Of a DNA stretch of 20,000 bases, positions 18,001-20,000 are shown in pieces. Origin of the DNA: an uncultured virus (IMG/VR IMGVR_UViG_3300047407_000118). Its lineage: Duplodnaviria; Heunggongvirae; Uroviricota; Caudoviricetes. A program made the translations under genes and the position numbers. Positions within the stretch are counted from its first letter, which is position 1, and the number at the start of each line of letters is the position of its first letter. Below the pieces are notes generated by a model, which did not search any database, was not told where the DNA came from, and saw nothing but the letters and a program-made list of their open reading frames with translations. The stretch lies in IMG/VR virus record IMGVR_UViG_3300047407_000118, positions 52,261-72,260 of that record; one strand, written 5' to 3'.

Positions 18001-20000
18001 CCACCTCCATCATTGAAGGCACCAACGCCGCCTGTGATCACAACGTCTCCACCAGAAGTGGTATAGTAGTCGCCTAGATCTGCTGATCCAGCTGTGATAG
18101 CTATGTTGTATCCATCAACCGCACCTGTAGCAGACACTGTGGAAACGGTTGTATTACCCGACACAGTGACATTGCCAGTGGTATCAAACGTCCATACTGC
18201 TGTGTTGGCGGCCAGTTCAATGTTGCCTGTTCCGCCTTGGAACGTGACATTGCCTGCGGTATCAAATGTCCAGGCATACGATCCAGCAATGACTTCTACA
18301 TTGGGGTTGGTGCCTACAAACGCACCTGCACTCACATTACCTGTGGTCACCACATTGCCCGGAGCAAACAACTGGCCATTGGTATCAAAGTTCCAAAGAT
18401 TGCTGTTGCTGACCAGTTGCATATTGCCACTGGCGCCCAAGTTACCTGTGCTGTCAAATGTCCAACCATACACATTGCCTGCATTGCCCACATTGGTTTG
18501 GATGACCACATTGGCATTAGCATACGTATAAGTGTCAACTCCATTTTCCATGCTGACACCATTGACATCACTTTGTATGTTGGCTGTAACAGTGAGTCCA
18601 GTGTTGCTGTAGGCCCAAAAAGCCTGATTGGTGTCTAAAATGATATTGCCGGGTGCTGTAAGATTGCCAGTATTGTCAAAGGTCCAAATATATACATTGG
18701 CCACCAGTTCAATATTGGCCTGATCGCCTACAAATGTGTTGGCTGTGATATTACCTGTGGTTGATATCACATTTGATCCAAAGTTGGCCATGAGTGTGAC
18801 CACGTTGGAGTCACCGTAATTACTGATTACGCCATCTAGAATACTGACACCATTGGCATAGTTGATGTTTGATGTGTTACTGGGTAGATCTATATTGCCA
18901 TTGCTTCGGAAGGAGTATGATCCTGTGCCCACATTGAGAACAACACCACTACCGCTGGTGCTGTAGATTTGAACAGGTTGACTGCTTTGATTCAGTACTG
19001 ATGGAAAAGTCATACCGGCATTGCTTTCAATGCCGGGATCAATGCGTATACCTTCATTGCCTAGACCACTATTGGGGGCACCTAAATTGCCATTGAATTC
19101 ACCGATGGTCCATTCACCGTCCAACCATGATATTAAATTACCCAATCCGTATTGAATGACGTTGCTAGCAGCCATCGGGGTATTGGTCATCGTGATACTG
19201 GCAAATGTATTACCGCCACCACCATAGGGATTACCATTGGCATAGTTGATACTGCTGGTGTCTGAGGGCAGGGTAATATTGCCATTGTTTTCAAAACGCC
19301 ATTGGCTAGCACCAGCATTGACCAGCACATTGCCGTAAAAACCTAGACCACCGGTGCTGATACCGCCACCAATGGTGACATTACCCCCGGGACCATCCCC
19401 ACCATAACCTCCGGTCATTGTGATGGCTCCACCAGAACCACCGCCTCCATAACCGCCTAAGATCTCAACATAACCACCCGAGCCACCGCCACTGTCCCCA
19501 CCTTTGAGGTATAGATATCCAGCTGTGCCTGCACTTTGTACATCCCCGGCTTCTACACGAATATATCCGCCTGAACCGTTGCCGGGTCCATATCCGCCGC
19601 GTATCTTGACGTCACCGCCATTGCCGTCTGTATCGCCACCGCGACCGGCCCAGAGATAGATATCGCCACCTTCTCCGCCAGTACCGTCGGCACCTTTGCC
19701 AGGATTGATTACCAAACGTTGTGAGTTTATGTTTGTATTTGCATCGCCATTGGCCGTGGTTATTACAGACTCGTAGTTGTTGTCTGTCAACGACAACGTG
19801 TAACCATACACTGTACCACTGGATATATCTCCACGAGTCGTGTATTGCAATGGAGCAAGAAGTTGACCATTGTTGTCAAAGGTCCATGTGGCCGCGGTCA
19901 CCCCAGTATTGTTGCCAGTTTGTAACGCTAGGTTACCATAGAGATTGAACAGCGTGGTCGTGTTGTTGATTGCACCATTAGTGGGCAGAATCAAGGCCGC
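15027..20000 (-). CDS. Very large repetitive tail-fibre/adhesin-like protein (>1657 aa, 5'-partial)
   Basis: Frame is open to the window edge (GCG GCC TTG...). Contains WTFDxxG repeats, Gly-rich GGDxxIxGG repeats, GNITGGNILTGGLISAT repeats, three YxxSNVxTLxAxFGSNxISTTG blocks, and a globular C-terminal domain (IGYRDLPQ...WMINGTGVS). Confidence 0.85.
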   Translation of the reverse strand, partial: AALILPTNGAINNTTTLFNLYGNLALQTGNNTGVTAATWTFDNNGQLLAPLQYTTRGDISSGTVYGYTLSLTDNNYESVITTANGDANTNINSQRLVINPGKGADGTGGEGGDIYLWAGRGGDTDGNGGDVKIRGGYGPGNGSGGYIRVEAGDVQSAGTAGYLYLKGGDSGGGSGGYVEILGGYGGGGSGGAITMTGGYGGDGPGGNVTIGGGISTGGLGFYGNVLVNAGASQWRFENNGNITLPSDTSSINYANGNPYGGGGNTFASITMTNTPMAASNVIQYGLGNLISWLDGEWTIGEFNGNLGAPNSGLGNEGIRIDPGIESNAGMTFPSVLNQSSQPVQIYSTSGSGVVLNVGTGSYSFRSNGNIDLPSNTSNINYANGVSILDGVISNYGDSNVVTLMANFGSNVISTTGNITANTFVGDQANIELVANVYIWTFDNTGNLTAPGNIILDTNQAFWAYSNTGLTVTANIQSDVNGVSMENGVDTYTYANANVVIQTNVGNAGNVYGWTFDSTGNLGASGNMQLVSNSNLWNFDTNGQLFAPGNVVTTGNVSAGAFVGTNPNVEVIAGSYAWTFDTAGNVTFQGGTGNIELAANTAVWTFDTTGNVTVSGNTTVSTVSATGAVDGYNIAITAGSADLGDYYTTSGGDVVITGGVGAFNDGGGGGPGGSIYLTTGNSADPAGHAGNVNITAGSNSWVFDYTGNLTIPGNVVQGNSKLSLNENGGNTAYLTSTVDDLTAIYMDANDIQIYANGNVSISAFTSHWTFDNTGALTAPGDITTTGNLSVYDATISGNINGSKNFDLDGNATIGGNLFVTGNINFTGNVTQISGNSGVFYGNISTGIGAIYAGKTGYTPLPNTVVQITGDDNSYTQVNLQNTNHGNVASMELAITADDGTDTTNYLDMGIASSVWDGTQDNSLGSAVQRRDGYLYVQGGAAGGNLVLGTTTAGYGIKFNAGGSGSANTVAQISNTGITTSGAISATGNVRGAYILGDGSLLSNIQVSGSAPVSTTGNVTGGNLVATGVVSASGNISANYFFGNGSQLTGLPAAYSNSNVTTLLAGFGSNTISTTGTVTAGNITGANILTGGAISATGTVTSAANVIGGNLSTAGQVNATGNITGANILTGGAISATGNVRGGNLLGVGISASGTVTATSLQVTGATTLSDVTATGNATIGTALTIYGSNNTITTQNGSAVQFGQRVNFNSTNGIFVTGNVNAQSNLIVSGFSVTSGNASVTGNVISGNVTTTGLISATGNITGGNILGGANVNATTYTGTTVSVSANITGGNLLTAGLISATGNITAANLGNISSINLNGNASTVLYGNGVFAAVAAGSSYGNSNVTTLLAAYGSNTISTTGTVNAGNITGGNVLTGGLISASSNITGGNILTAGIMSSTGNATHGNILTGGLITATGNIIGGNISTAGTASVTGNLNVGSNATATLQHSLLSGIQLAPAANAITANAAVSIGGSGSNYLALGQYPVGSTLNGVSTAYAQWIQSGYSQNATYYPIVLNPLGGNVQLGGNIIAPGAVLGNSATVTTANYAIGYRDLPQISFAGNATIAAADAGKHYYSTLSTGNTLTIANNSSVSWTVGTAISIVNRGTGNITIAQDTGVSLYLAGNATAGNRTVTTYGMATLLNVAANVWMINGTGVS
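16592..16763. repeat. Exact 52-bp direct repeat at 120-bp spacing inside the fibre gene
   Basis: taccagttgcactgattgcaccacctgtgagtatatttgcaccagtgatgtt occurs at 16592-16643 and 16712-16763. Confidence 0.9.

Noticed and set aside
15040..19948. Plus-strand ORFs rich in LPV/PPV (e.g. 15667-15984, 16033-16395, 16450-16845)
   Set aside because: They are antisense shadows of the GNITGGN repeats of the minus-strand fibre gene.
1..20000. Genome-wide TAG-to-Gln recoding (genetic code 15)
   Set aside because: The long fibre genes, including the Gln-rich collagens, have no internal TAG, and TAG falls at natural-looking C-termini (IVVGRV*, GQYGV* matching the paralog ends FGI*/YGI*). Other parts of the genome cannot be judged from this window.
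12852..20000. Diversity-generating retroelement targeting the lectin or fibre genes
   Set aside because: No reverse transcriptase and no TR/VR pair differing only at adenines is visible in the window.

Overview
Bacteriophage virion-fibre region, resembling a large T4-like tailed phage. The minus strand carries two Pro-poor Gly-X-Thr/Gln collagen-like fibre genes, one of which (>1960 aa) is missing from the ORF track because it runs off the left edge. It also carries a CstII/Maf-like glycosyltransferase-fold gene, a probable structural gene, three tandem ConA/LamG-like lectin genes and a very large partial tail-fibre gene. The plus strand carries a TPR + GT9-like glycosyltransferase, a 56-aa ORF, a tRNA with a CUA (amber-reading) anticodon, and directly behind it a gene with a strong SD and an in-frame TAG at codon 3. 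The promoter, tRNA(CUA) and amber-interrupted gene form a 708-bp unit flanked by a 19-bp direct repeat (17/19 identical), placed at the convergent stop codons of the neighbouring genes. It looks like a self-contained amber-suppression cassette in a genome that otherwise uses TAG as a stop. T4-late-like TAAATA boxes precede several genes, two of them inside hairpins that cover the RBS.
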